From: the human T2T-CHM13v2.0 reference genome, Homo sapiens
NCBI RefSeq assembly: GCF_009914755.1
Contig: NC_060928.1
Reading direction: 5' to 3' (one strand)
Length of the DNA: 64,000 nt
The position numbers were made by a program, and so were the translations under genes. Positions 32,838 through 54,283 of the stretch are shown one piece after another. Each line of letters starts with the position of its first letter. Within the stretch, counting starts at the first letter, position 1. A model generated the notes under the pieces. That model made no database searches. It was not told the origin of the DNA and saw only the letters and a program-made list of their open reading frames with translations.

Positions 32838-33015
32838 ATTTCCAGATAAAATTCAAGTTTCCCATTAAATGTGAATTTCAGATATACAATGAATAACTTT
32901 TAAGCATAAGTATATCCCATGCAATATTTTTTATATATTTTAACTATTTATTTATCTGTAATTCAAATTTAACTGAGAAACTTATATTTTTATTTGATAA
33001 ATCTGTCATTCCTAA
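32838..33015. mobile_element. MER53-like palindromic hAT MITE
   Basis: CCAGATAAAAT...TTAAATGTGAATTTCAGATA...TATCTGTAATTCAAATTTAACTG inverted symmetry. Confidence 0.7.
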
Positions 33016-33278
33016 CTTGTACCTCTCCCTCCTTTTGAAAACTTTCATTTCATTTTCTCTAGAGTTTAATCCTTCTGAAGTAATAGTTTAGTCTTAATAA
33101 TGTTCCTTATTGTTTCAAGTTTCTTTGCAGGAGTTCCTATGCTGATACAAATGTATATGCACAAGTACATATGGGCATGTACCTGTACTCAGAAAAGTTT
33201 AATGTCAATAATGACAATAACAAAAGGCTGAAGAATAAAACTTCCAGCCTTCCCCTGAGGATCTTCTGATACTTTTCA

Positions 33279-33395
33279 ATGTCATCCAACATAAATTCTT
33301 CAAAAATGGCCAAAATTGAAAAATTTTTGAAAAATTTATGTTGGATGACATGGAAATTTTCAATTTTTGAAATTTTCAATTTCAAAAATTGAAAT
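33279..33395. repeat. 29-bp inverted repeat plus nested short inverted and direct repeats
   Basis: 33279-33307 matches the reverse complement of 33323-33351 at 28/29 positions, 15-nt loop. Confidence 0.93.
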
Positions 33396-34299
33396 TATGC
33401 CACCACAGCTCTTGAGAAGGTGGAGCTAAGGAGAAGGCCTTCTTTGGCAAAGCTTACTGTACAATCTGAATTGGTAGCTAGATCCAAACATACATTGTCA
33501 TCTACTGAATAGAAATCACCCAGATTTTGAATTGGCATAAAAGATTCCCAAACTAAATACTCTGTTATAAATATTTTGACCTGTCTAAAACTATACATTT
33601 TGTCAACACTAAGGGTAAGAAAGAAGAGAAGCCAATAATTCCTGTCTCTCTCAATAATTTTTATTTTTTACTTATGCTTTCTCCATTTGCACTGAAGCTA
33701 AAAGAACAGAGAAAAACCAGAAAGAAAATGCTGTGTTATACACACACACACCCCCATCATTTCAGCTTTATATACTTATATGCATATATATACATATATA
33801 ATTTTTATATTTATATTTACATATGTATGTGTGTATATACATATATAATATGTATATAGGAAAGTATACATTGAAACGTAAGTTCATTTAAAATAATCAG
33901 TAAACCCTTGGTTCTCTTAGTGAATATCTGGATGGAAATTATTTCTTCAAAAAATTGTATTTATCAGTCATCCTGATGACATGTCCTGAAAGCCAGAAGC
34001 CAAAATGGCCTAGAAAGAATGCCTGAATTATTCTGTTTTTCCTCTGTAGATCCAGGATGCTCTGAGATGATGGCTCCTGTAATCAGAGCTGTATCCATTG
34101 TTCAATTTCCCAAAGCCAGAATTGTGGGAAAGTTATGTGAGAAAAGAAAATAAGGTGATTGTCTTTTCTCTTTTCTCCTAAGGAAAACTAAAATACCAAA
34201 GTGCCTAATGTGTAAAGAAGACACACTTGCACTATGTCACAGATAGTGATGTCCTTTAAGATTCCAGGACTTGGATTTCTTAGATTTAAATTATTATGT

Positions 34300-39460
<5,161 letters not shown>

Positions 39461-39721
39461 ATTTAATTGAATTCACCTCATGCAAGTACTGACTTAGGAG
39501 AACACTATTCATATGTACAGAATATAAATTCTGGGCCACAAATTCAAGCACGTGAGAAATAATCAAGACTTCTATACAGTCACTTAATTTCCATTTCAAG
39601 CTGTCATCCCCATAAACCAGTAGGAAACTTGGGCTCAGGCATAAGGAGTTCCCCCACTTCATACCAAAGTTCAGGAATACTATTAGCAGCACCAAGGTGT
39701 TGGGAGCTCTGGTTACCTGTA

Positions 39722-39955
39722 CAGTTGATTCTTGAACACCATTGGATTGAATTGTATGGTTCTACTTATACATGGATTTTTTTCAACCAAACACAGATCA
39801 AATATACAGTATTCATCGGATGTAAAACCCACATATATGGTGGGCTCTTTGAATATGCAGGTTCCACAAGGCCAACTTCAGGTCTTGAGTATGCATGGAT
39901 TTTGGTATATTCAGGGGTCCTGGAACCAATCCCCATGTGTACCAAAAGACAACTG
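39722..39955. mobile_element. MER8-like TcMar-Tigger non-autonomous element
   Basis: CAGTTG...CAACTG termini; GGGGTCCTGGAACCAATCCCC motif. Confidence 0.8.
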
Positions 39956-40139
39956 CAGAACCTATTAAACAACAGGAAGTGTTTAGTGGGTCTGCACACA
40001 GGTTACCACTGAGATGTCTAGTAACTCTTTTACCCTAACCTCTCCAGGTCCAGAAGCCGTCTAATGATTTCTGCCATGCATAAAACACTTTTACAAGGTT
40101 GCTTTTTAGTTTTGCCAGTCTAGATGTCCCGTGAAGCCA

Positions 40140-40648
40140 CTACTCAAAGTTGCAAATGTAAGAAGCCATGTTTGCTCATTTCTGCTTGCCAACACAATTT
40201 CATAAAGCCCCTGACTCTATGACAATATGCCACTCTCCAGAAAGATGCTCTGAAGACAAAATAGAGCACACAGCCCCCAGTGTCTCTTGCCTTAGGTGCT
40301 ATGTTTCTTAAAAGATAAACGACCTCGGTTTTTGCCTTTTCCTGCATATAAGATAATGTCTGATGGGGTTAGTGACTATGCTTCTGTAATCCATAACCAC
40401 CTGTACTCTTAGACAGAACCTTGATCTGGTTCTGCTTTAATGTAACTTCAGAGAGAGTTTGATGCACCCATTACCCCCTACCTGTACATAAGCAGTGGGT
40501 TCAAATACTGTACCTGAGCAGTCTAATAGAACCTCTCTAAAGGGCTGCTCCTGGGACACAAGCCTTGGTCTGTAGTCCTCAGTAAGAATTCTGAATAAAA
40601 CTAACTTGAATTCTTAATAAAGGCTTGATTTTTTTTTTTTAGTAAACA
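40140..40648 (+). mobile_element. ERV1-type solo LTR, family not assigned
   Basis: AATAAA at about 40594 and a GGCTTGATTTTTTTTTTTTAGTAAACA 3' terminus; left boundary approximate. Confidence 0.55.
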
Positions 40649-41106
40649 TATTTAGTCAGTATGCTGCCAATAATCAGGGCCAGGTCCTGTGTGCTCTTGG
40701 GGCCATATGACCCACCCCTTCCACCTCTCTGAGGAAACATTAAAGATATGTCCAAGGGAAATCCTTTCCATCTCATGATTCTTTGAAATAATTACTTTAT
40801 AGCCAGTAACTTCCATCTTTTAAGCCCTTAAGACTTGCAGACTATTTCTATTTTCTCTCCTGCAAAAGGCCTCCCTGAGGTTAGGCATTATACAACCACT
40901 ATCTACTAGAAGGAATAGGTAATTTGATGAAGGGAGAAAATGCAGAGGAAAAACACTCACAGACTAATATCCCAGAATCAGATAACTACACCCAAGCTCA
41001 GTTAAGAATTCCTAGTTTTAAAAGAGACCAAACAACCTATTAATGGTCTACAATCAAGGTTTTAGTTTCCATATCTTCTTAAAAGGTATAACCTCAATAC
41101 AGTCTA

Positions 41107-41549
41107 CAGTAGTTTTCACTAATCCACAGGGGATATGTTCCAAGACTGAAACCAATAGTACCAAACCCTCTATATACTATATTTTTATCCCATATATATG
41201 TACCTATGATAAAGTTTGATTTATAAATTATGTACAGAAAAAGATTAACAATAATAATAAAATAATTATAACAATATATCGGCATGACTGCCTTTGCACT
41301 TTGGGGCCATTATTAAGTGAAATAAGGGCTACTTGAACACAAATATTGTGATACCGTGACAGTCAATCTCATAACTGAGACAGATACTAACGGTCTAATG
41401 GGCAATAGCGCATACAGTGTGGATGTACTAGACAAAGGGATGATTTCACACACCAGGTAGGATAGAGCAGGACTGCAGGAGATTGCGTTATACTACTCAG
41501 AAAGGAGTGCAATTTAAATCTTATGAATTGTTTATTTTTGGAATTTTTC
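41107..41549. mobile_element. MER44 (Tigger7-derived), left part
   Basis: TA|CAGTAG...ATCCACAGGGGATATGTTCCAAGAC start, running to GCAATTTAAATCTTATGAATTGTTTATTTTTGGAATTTTTC. Confidence 0.85.
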
Positions 41550-41776
41550 TTTTTTTTTCTTTTTTTTTATTATTATACTTTAAGTTTTAGGGTACATGTG
41601 CACATTGTGCAGGTTAGTTACATATGTATACATTTGCCATGCTGGTGTGCTGCACCCACTAACTCGTCATCTAGCATTAGGTATATCTCCTAATGCTATC
41701 CCTCCCCCGTCCCCCCACCCCACAACAGTCCCCAGAGTGTGATGTTCCCCTTCCTGTGTCCATGTGATCTCATTGT

Positions 41777-45632
<3,856 letters not shown>

Positions 45633-45680
45633 TTATTTTGCTCGTTAGTTGATGCAGTTTCTTCCTAGTCTCGATGGTCT

Positions 45681-46697
45681 TTACATTTTGGCATGATTTT
45701 GCAGTGGCTGGTACCGGTTGTTCCTTTCCATGTTGAGCGCTTCCTTCAGGAGCTCTTTTAGGGCAGGCCTGGTGGTGACAAAATCTCTCAGCATTTGCTT
45801 GTCTGTGAAGTATTTTATTTCTCCTTCACTTATGAAGCTTAGTTTGGCTGGATATGAAATTCTGGGTTGAAAACTCTTTTCTTTAAGAATGTTGAATATT
45901 GGCCCCCACTCTCATCTGGCTTGTAGGGTTTCTGCCGAGAGATCCACTGTTAGTCTGATGGGCTTCCCTTTGAGGGTAACCCGACCTTTCTCTCTGGCTG
46001 CCCTTAACATTTTTTCCTTCATTTCAACTTTGGTGAATCTGACAATTATGTGTCTTGGAGTTGCTCTTCTCGAGGAGTATCTTTGTGGCGTTCTCTGTAT
46101 TTCCTGAATCCGAATGTTGGCCTGCCTTGGTACATTGGGGAAGTTCTCCTGGATAATATCCTGCAGAGTGTTTTCCAACTTGGTTCCATTCTCCCCATCA
46201 CTTTCAGGTACATCAATTAGACGTAGATTTGGTCTTTTCACATAGTCCCATATTTCTTGGAGGCTTTGCTCATTTCTTTTTATTCTTTTTTCTCTAAACT
46301 TTCCTTCTTGCTTCATTTCATTCATTTCATCTTCCATTGCTGATGCCCTTTCTTCCAGTTGATCGCATCGGCTCCTGAGGCTTCTGCATTCTTCACGTAG
46401 TTCTCGAGCCTTGGCTTTCAGCTCCATCAGCTCCTTTAAGCACTTCTCTGTATTGGTTATTCTAGTTATATATTCTTCTAAATTTTTTTCAAAGTTTTCA
46501 ACTTCTTTGCCTTTGGTTTGAATGTCCTCCCGTAGCTCAGAGTAATTTGATCGTCTGAAGCCTTCTTCTCTCAGCTCGTCAAAGTCATTCTCCATCCAGC
46601 TTTGTTCCGTTGCTGGTGAGGAACTGTGTTCCTTTGGAGGAGGAGAGGCACTCTGCTTTTTAGAGTTTCCAGTTTTTCTGTTCTGTTTTTTCCCCAT
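45681..46697 (-). pseudogene. ORF1: L1 ORF1p with one premature stop
   Basis: ATG at 46697, canonical TAA at 45681-45683, premature TGA at 45912-45914. Confidence 0.95.
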
Positions 46698-47150
46698 CTT
46701 TGTGGTTTTATCCACTTTTGGTCTTTGATGACGGTGACGTAGAGATGGGTTTTTGGTGTGGATGTCCTTTCTGTTTGTTAGTTTTCCTTCTAACAGACAG
46801 GACCCTCAGCTGCAGGTCTGTTGGAATACCCTGCCGTGTGAGTGTCAGTGTGCCCCTGCTGGAGGGTGCCTCCCAGTTAGGCTGCTCGGGGGTCAGGGGT
46901 CAGGGACCCACTTGAGGAGGCAGTCTGCCCATTTTCAGATCTCCAGCTGCATACTGGGAGAACCACTGCTCTCTTCAAAGCTGTCAGACAGGGACATTTA
47001 AGTCTGCAGAGGTTACTGCTGTCTTTTTGTTTGTCTGTGCCCTGCCCCCAGAGGTGGAGCCTACAGAGGCAGGCAGGCCTCCTTGAGCTGTGGTGTGCTC
47101 CACCCAGTTTGAGCTTCTGGCTGCTTTGTTTACCTAAGCAAGCCTGGGCA

Positions 47151-47459
47151 ATGGCGGGCGCCCCTCCCCCAGCCTGGCTGCCACCTTGCAGTTTGATCTC
47201 AGACTGCTGTGCTAGCAATCAGCGAGACTCCGTGGGCGTAGGACCCTCCGAGCCAGGTGCGGGATATAATCTCGTGGTGCGCTGTTTTTTAAGCCCGTCA
47301 GAAAAGTACAGTATTTGGGTGAGAGTGATCCGATTTTCCAGGTGCCGTCCGTCACCCCTTTCTTTGATTAGGAAAGGGAACTCCCTGACCCCTTGCACTT
47401 CCCGAGTGAGGCAATGCCTCGCCCTGCTTCGGCTCGCGCACGGTGCGCGCACCCACTGA
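47151..47459 (+). CDS. ORF0: L1 antisense ORF0, open for 102 aa
   Basis: MAGAPPPAWLPPCSLISDCCASNQRDSVGVGPSEPG matches primate ORF0; good Kozak context GCAATGG. Confidence 0.75.
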   Translation: MAGAPPPAWLPPCSLISDCCASNQRDSVGVGPSEPGAGYNLVVRCFLSPSEKYSIWVRVIRFSRCRPSPLSLIRKGNSLTPCTSRVRQCLALLRLAHGARTH

Positions 47460-47580
47460 CCTGCGCCCACTGTCTGGCACTCCCTAGTGAGATGAACCCG
47501 GTACCTCAGATGGAAATGCAGAAATCACCCGTCTTCTGCGTCGCTCAGGCTGGGAGCTATAGACAGGAGCTGTTCCCATT

Positions 47581-47602
47581 CGGCCATCTTGGCTCCTCCC
47601 CC
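47581..47602 (-). promoter_or_regulatory. L1 internal promoter start with intact YY1 site
   Basis: CAAGATGGCCG on the minus strand. Confidence 0.85.
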
Positions 47603-47790
47603 TAGAGCAATGTAATTATAATAAGATATTTTAATACTTCAATTTCATTTCTCTGCTTCCAGGAAATCCTGGCGTCTTAGCTACGGGTCTGCCAGTCCCT
47701 GCAGGTCGCACAGCCACAGCAGCTGGGCCTGTAGGAGCAGAGTACAGAGGAGCAGTTGGGGGTCAGTTCTCTGTGAATGAAGACTAGATC
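47603..47790 (-). other. 188-nt 5' transduction: ZNF91-subfamily-like exon 1 (47646-47790) plus a 43-nt linker
   Basis: Lies inside the TSD GGAATTTTTC (41540-41549 / 47791-47800); minus strand reads CTCTGCTCCTACAGGCCCAGC...GACCTGCAGG...AGCTAAGACGCCAGGA...CCTGGAAGCAGAGAAATG. Confidence 0.82.
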
Positions 47791-47879
47791 GGAATTTTTC
47801 ACTTATTATTTCAGAGTACAGTTGACCATGGGTAACTAGAACTGCAGAAAGCAAAACAGCAGATAAGGGGGGACTACTG
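47791..47879. mobile_element. MER44, right part
   Basis: Continues the element broken at 41549; ends GATAAGGGGGGACTACTG|TA. Confidence 0.85.
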
Positions 47880-50800
47880 TACTGCAGATGTGACTTGAGC
47901 ATCTAAGAGAATATTTTCAGAGAGTCTGTGGTTGATCAAAAGATACATTTCAGAAATACGTAAGAATAGGAAGTTTGTGTTCTTTTAATAAACGGATGAT
48001 ATTGATATACAAAAGACTCATACCAAAATATAGTCCTATATAATTAATTCAAATTAAATATAGAATTGCCTGTTGTTATAGGCACTGGTGGGTAGAACTA
48101 AAATTTTCCTTTCTGTTAATGACAGAAAGGGTGGTCAATATGAAAGCAGTACCTCATTCTTTACTTTCTGGCAGATTTACAAACCAGTAAACATCACACC
48201 ACTATTCCTTTAGCACACACGTCCTGGCAGATTTTATTCCAAGAGACATATCTCATTTGAATCGAATATAAAAATTGTCCAAGCACATCAAATAGGGCAG
48301 GATGAAACTGTAGATTTTGAAGTGTGAGGTGAAGTGCAGTGTTTTAGACTTACATAAAAATAGAGAACTAGACCCTACTTTTATAAATAGCTTTATTTTG
48401 GCTAGAACAGCTTTCCAAAGAGTAGTTCCAGGGGACACATTTGCAGAGGGAGAAATGTGACTGTGCAATTCTGATCTAGGTGTGCAGGTGAACAGCAGGG
48501 ACACCCAAGGTTTCCAAATGGCATTGAAGGACTACCTAGGGTAAGACACCAACCACCTAGAAAATGGAACATTTCAAAGGCTAACTCCCTGACCTGCTTT
48601 ACTGAAAATATCAATAGCTGTTTTTGCCTAAACCTCAGCTGTGCCAGAATATATAAGGATGAGATTAAATTCTACATAAGGAGCAGAAAAATGAAAAGTG
48701 AGAAAGAAAAATCTCAACAGTGAAGAATAGGAAAAAAAAAAGAATTCACAGACCTCAAGTAAGTTGAAGAGTGAGTCTGAACAAAAAGAAGAGAGCTATT
48801 TAGCATGAGCTGTTTAAATCTCAATGAGACAATGAGTTTATAGCTCTTTAGTATGGAGCAATGCAACCCTGGCAGCAGGATACTCAAGAAGACCTAATGG
48901 GCCTCTCGGATTACTCCATGATTCAGAAGTCCTGTGTATCTGGTGTGTGTCCACAAGGGCTGGAACACATATGATGGGACAACCCAGCACAGCATTGCCT
49001 GGTCCCACATGTGAGTGAGGAAGAATGTGCCTGAAGATAATGAATCTCTATTTTTAAAATGTGAGATTTACTATTTGACTCCTAATTCTACTTTAGAAGT
49101 CTGCTTTTTTATTCTAGCCAGCATGTTTATTTTAATTCCTGGTATATTTTAGAAACATGACATTATTCTGAGGTAATAAATAAAGAGAGAGAGAGAGGGT
49201 GTGAAAAGACTGAGTTAGAAGAGTTTTCTGATGATTTGGTGAAGCTTCTGGAGAGGAGAATAGGGACTCCAAATATTGTCAAGATGCCTTTTGTATTGGA
49301 CTACTCAATAGGGCAATTGGTCATTTTCTTAGTGTCCTGCAGATTAATTCATACCGCTCTAGGTCCCAGGAAAGTAGGATCAAGTAGGCACTGCACTCTG
49401 CCTTTTGGTGTAACCACCCCCCTGACACACAGACACATACCTATAGTGGCATTCCAACCACTCTTCCTGAATCTGATTTTATCTTCTTGCAAGCATTTCT
49501 TCACATTGCAACCATAACACTGTTTAAAGAATGCACACCCAAACAGATCACCCATTGCTAGCTTAAGAAACGTTCTTTTCCATGGCTCTAAGTATGAAAT
49601 CCACTATCAGTAACATGAATCTGGCCAAGGCTTACCTCCTCAGCCACATGCTGCCCTTCTCTGCTCACTGTGCCTCAAATATAACTTCTTTTAGTGCTAC
49701 AAACTTCATCATAATTTTAAATATGTATTTATTTGAGAATGTATTATTTTAATATTTGTGTTTGCCACTAGGATCATAACATAACAATCCACTAGGATTC
49801 ATAACAATAAAGATCCTATATGTCTTATTCATTATGCTACTTGGAGGCAAAACAAAAATTTGATCCTAGGTTCCCTGCCTTCAACACCGTTGCACCTCTC
49901 TCCTCCCTCAGTTTCGAGAAATCAATTCTTTAAACTTGACTTTCAAGACATATTATCTGATGAATTCCCCTAGAATCCCAGCCCTCTGTTCTGGCTACCC
50001 CAATCTGATTGCCTTTTCACAAAGCAGGTTCTTCCCTATTTCCTTGTTCTTGCCTATGATCTTCTCATAACTTGGAATATTATGGATTGTTCAGGACTAA
50101 GATGATACTTTACTTCCCTTCCAAGCCTTCGCTATAAATTTTGATGAATTTTTATAGCACATTTGCTCAATTTGATATAGTATCATGTCATAGTTTTTCA
50201 TATTTATTATCTATCTTAACTTCTCATCTCAATTGGAAGCTACTTAAAGGTGAAATCCATGAAGTCTTATCATTTGTAAACCTGATGATTCCTAGTACAA
50301 TGCTGAGTAGTACATGATTGGCTGGTTTCATGAGAAACCTTCCCAGAGATGACCAAGTTCCTATCATTTCTCAACCCAAGGAGTGAAGCCTCATAGATCT
50401 CAGGCAAATCTGCCTTCCTGAAAAATAGATGTTTCTTTTTACACTGAGTTGTCCATGTGAACCTCCCCCTGAGTTCAAAGGAGAACACATCCAGCATGCT
50501 GGGCGTCCAGAAGTTTCTTTTGAGCAAAAACATTTTGGATTTTTAGTTTCATAGTATATCTTGCCTAAAGCTCAAATAATAGAAAAAGGAGAAAAAACAC
50601 TGTTAAGGTATCTGACAAAATTTTACTCAGGCCAGCTGTAAAAACAGTACATGCTGCTTTCTAAGGGACACACATCTGAGTGCATGCCTAGGAATAATGC
50701 TGCATAATTCTAAGAACATAATCTCATGACTGGTCCAAATATATCAGAGGGCTCTGTTCTATAAATGTTTAAAAATGTAAACTCAGATGCCTCTAATTCT

Positions 50801-51225
50801 CATCAACAATGATAATGTAGTTTCCAAACAATTGCCTCTTGTAAGAATTATTCTAGTTGAGAAGCATTTTGAATTTCTTTTATTTCCCTAACAATAACTG
50901 GATTGACAGTTCAAGACTTCAAGTCTCAGACTGTCATTATATGGGACTTTCGTTCTACCATGCTAAAGAAGACTCATGTTTCTGTTGCCTATTTGAATAG
51001 TATGCATTCCATAACTAACCAAATATTGATCTTAAAACAGCTATTTGTCAAGAAATTTTCCATACAGGAACAACAAGAAGAAAAGCAACAGGAGCAGCAG
51101 TTTCTGCTTATTCAGCAATCCTCTATGTAGACATTTTAAACAAATGATTTTTTAATCCTAATGGATTAAAGTATAGAAAATATTCTCATTTTACTGTTTT
51201 TTTTTTTTTTTTTTAAAAAAAGTTT

Positions 51226-51546
51226 GGCTGGGCACAGTGGCTCACGCCTGTAATCCCAGCACTTTGGGAGGCCGAGGCGGGGGGATCACCTGAGGTTGGG
51301 AGTTCGAGACCAGCCTGACCAACATGGAGAAACCCCATCTCTACTAAAATTGCAAAATTAACCGGGCGAGGTGGTTTATGCCTGTAATCCCAGCTACTTG
51401 GCAGGCCGAGGCAGCAGAATCACTTGAACCCAGGAAGCGGAGGTTGTGGTAAGCAGAGATTGCACCATTGCACTCCAGCCTGGGCAACAAGAGCAAAGCT
51501 CCATCTCAAAAACAAACAAACAAACAAACAAAAAAGCAAAAAAAAC
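51226..51546 (+). mobile_element. AluSp-like SINE
   Basis: CAGCCTGACCAACATGGAGAAACCCC and GGCAACAAGAGC diagnostics; (AAAC)n tail. Confidence 0.92.
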
Positions 51547-51929
51547 AGGTTCAAGGAGGCCAAATAAAAAGACAGGAAAAAAAGCAGTGAGAATTTGAAT
51601 ACTCAAAAACCAGTGTTCTTTCTACCATAAAAAGCAAGCAATTAATAGCTTCTGAGAATTCAGAAAGCTTTTAAAGGCCAAGTGGGTATTCTTGGGGGTC
51701 TTGCTATCAGGGCAAAAGTCCAACATAATGTAGAACATGCCACAAAATATATATATTGCAATTACATGAAGGACACTGAATGTTGAAGTTGTTTCACTGT
51801 AAGAAAATATTTTCTCTTTTAATCACAATAATAACTAACATATTTTTACATCAACTGACAGAGTATATGCAAAGGCAAATAAAATGCTTTTAGCATAGCA
51901 ATCCAGTTTTTAAAAAAATTTGTTATTAA

Positions 51930-53460
51930 TCTGTTATGGAGGATTATACATTTCCATCCTCTTGACGTTAGGAGTAACTATGTGACTTATTAACAGCAAT
52001 GAAATTGAATAGAATTGTCATTGGCTACTTTTGGCTGGAAACTGCAAGAACTAGCATGCGCTTTGTCATCCTGATTTCCTCCTTATCTATGGAACTACCA
52101 GTATTCTTGACTTAAGCTGCTTCATCAGCCTGGCTGCTGATGTAAATACACTGTGAAGCAAAGCCACATTTGATCTTCAACAGACATGTGGCATGGGTAA
52201 AATACAAACCTTTGTGATTATAAGCCACTGAGATGTTGTGATTGTTGTCCTAGCATAACCCAGCCCATTCTGAATGATAGGTCTGTAAATCACCCTTCCT
52301 AGATAACTCCCATTGTGTTTGTTTTCTGTTGTAAAGTGTCACATAGTAATCAAGCCCCAAAACAGTACCTTACAACAAGCTCTCATTTGTCACTTATGAG
52401 TCCGAAGGTCATCTAAGGCTCTCTGCTCTTGGCTGGGATATTCTGGATGCAAGAGATTATGGCTTGAAATCAAACATCATTCTATTCTGTGTGTTTTCTT
52501 CAAGACCACTATCTACCCGAGACATTTTCTTCTCGTGGTAGATGGTAGAAACATAAGAAGCCATCAAAACAAGCAAATTTAAATCTTCTTCTTGCAGCAC
52601 ACTACAATAAGGTATGCTCCATCACCAAGCCCAAAGCTAATGATTACTTCACTGAGAGGTAATGCAAGATAGCATGGTACGGAGATGGAGTTAAAATTGA
52701 GAATAATTACACAATCTACCACATGCCACTCCCTTGGCCACAAATATTCACCCTCTCACACAGGAAGAACTTACCCCTTCAGGACATCCCCAAAAGGCTC
52801 ATCTGATAACAACATTAGGCACAAACTTCCAGATCTTGTGATCTACCATGGATCCACATGGGGTTGCTCTTGATCTCAAGACCTACGAACTAAAAAGACA
52901 AGTTATCTACCCCCAACTCCCTTTGGTTTAGTATGCCCGACATAAATGGTGGGATAGGGAAAGGATAACTGCAATAAGCAAGACTCTTTTAAAAACAAAA
53001 GAACAGGAGGCAAACAGCAGTCTGGTCTATAGCTATTCTAATCACTCTGTACAGATCCCTCTATGCTGTAATCAAAAGCATCTCTTGATTAGACCCGACT
53101 CTCATTTCCTAGCAGAAACATCCTAGTCCATAGTTCTCCTTGGCTACTGGCTCCATTATCTATGTCTTTTCCATTAGCCTCCCCAGCCATATCTTAAGAG
53201 GGCATTGGAGAAAATGCCATCAGTGGTTGATGAGCAGCTTCCTCTCAGCCTGCTTCCTGGCTGTAGAAAGTTGGTCTATTAAAACATCCTTTTGGGTATT
53301 GAATTACCACTGACTTTTTTAAATATATGCTTATGGTACTTTGTAGCCCTCTCAGAAATATTTTGTCTTTCATGTATCAGATTGCACTCAACTACATCTG
53401 GCAAATGCCATACAATTCTTTGTGAGACATGTCTCTCTTGACTCCACATTGGCAGTGTCA
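51930..53460. mobile_element. Old MLT1 LTR pieces and probable MLT1 internal sequence
   Basis: AAACCTTTGTGATTATAAGCCACTGAGATG...TAGCATAACCCAGCCCATTCTGA LTR end near 52275; a second MLT1-like block from about 52335. Confidence 0.5.
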
Positions 53461-54283
53461 GCGATTTCATAAAGAGTTAAGTGGTATATTCAGAGGAAAG
53501 GAAACAACTGAGGCACTCTGAGGAAGCTTACAAGACTTGAGTCAGATACATCAAATAATCTGATCTGATTTTTTAACTTAATCTGGATTCCTTGCCTTTT
53601 CCTGAAAGAATTTAATCCTTTTACTTATGATTATGACTATATATTTTAATATATTTGGCTTGTCTGCTCCGTCTGTTTTAGTTTTTTAATAAGCCATGTC
53701 TCTGATTACTTCCCATGTCTTTTTCTTGCTTTTGTTGTATTGATCAAATTCTTTCATTTCATTCTTTTCATTTGGTGGTTTGGGAGCTAGACATACATGT
53801 TTAGTCTTTCAATGTTTCTCCTTACATTTGCAACATGAATGTTTAAACTTTCTGTCAATGTATAGTTCCCAAAGCAGTGCCTGAAAAATAGCACTGCTAA
53901 ATAAATATGTGTCTATGTAATTAAGACTACAATTTTAACATTATGTAAGTAATTTATTAGTATTTATTATTATCATTTGTTATACTCACTTCTTTTCTTT
54001 GCCTTTGTTTTTTTCTTTAATTTTATTTAAACAATATTGTAGTAGAATGTATCTGTGGTGAGTAAATATCCTGAGCTTTTGCAAATGTGAAAAATATATA
54101 AAATTTTAAAACCCTATTCTACAAATTGTAAGCAAACTTAGGAGTATATAAAATTACAAATGTGAAATTATTCCTCCCATAAACTCTAAAGATATTTCTC
54201 TACTTTCTTCTAGTCACCAATGTTGCCATCGAGAAGTCTAATTTTAATCTGATTTCTACTCTCACAAGAAATATGTTTTCTGC

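Noticed and set aside
34025-34160. Plus-strand acceptor TTCTGTTTTTCCTCTGTAG as a coding exon
   Set aside because: No convincing frame or recognisable protein; a non-coding exon cannot be supported from sequence alone.
47603-47620. TSD directly adjacent to the L1 5' end
   Set aside because: TAGAGCAATG has no copy next to the polyT; the real TSD is at 47791-47800.
47681-47902. 73-aa minus-strand ORF across the transduced exon
   Set aside because: Starts just outside MER44, runs through it and crosses the insertion junction; chance frame with no KRAB or zinc-finger motif.
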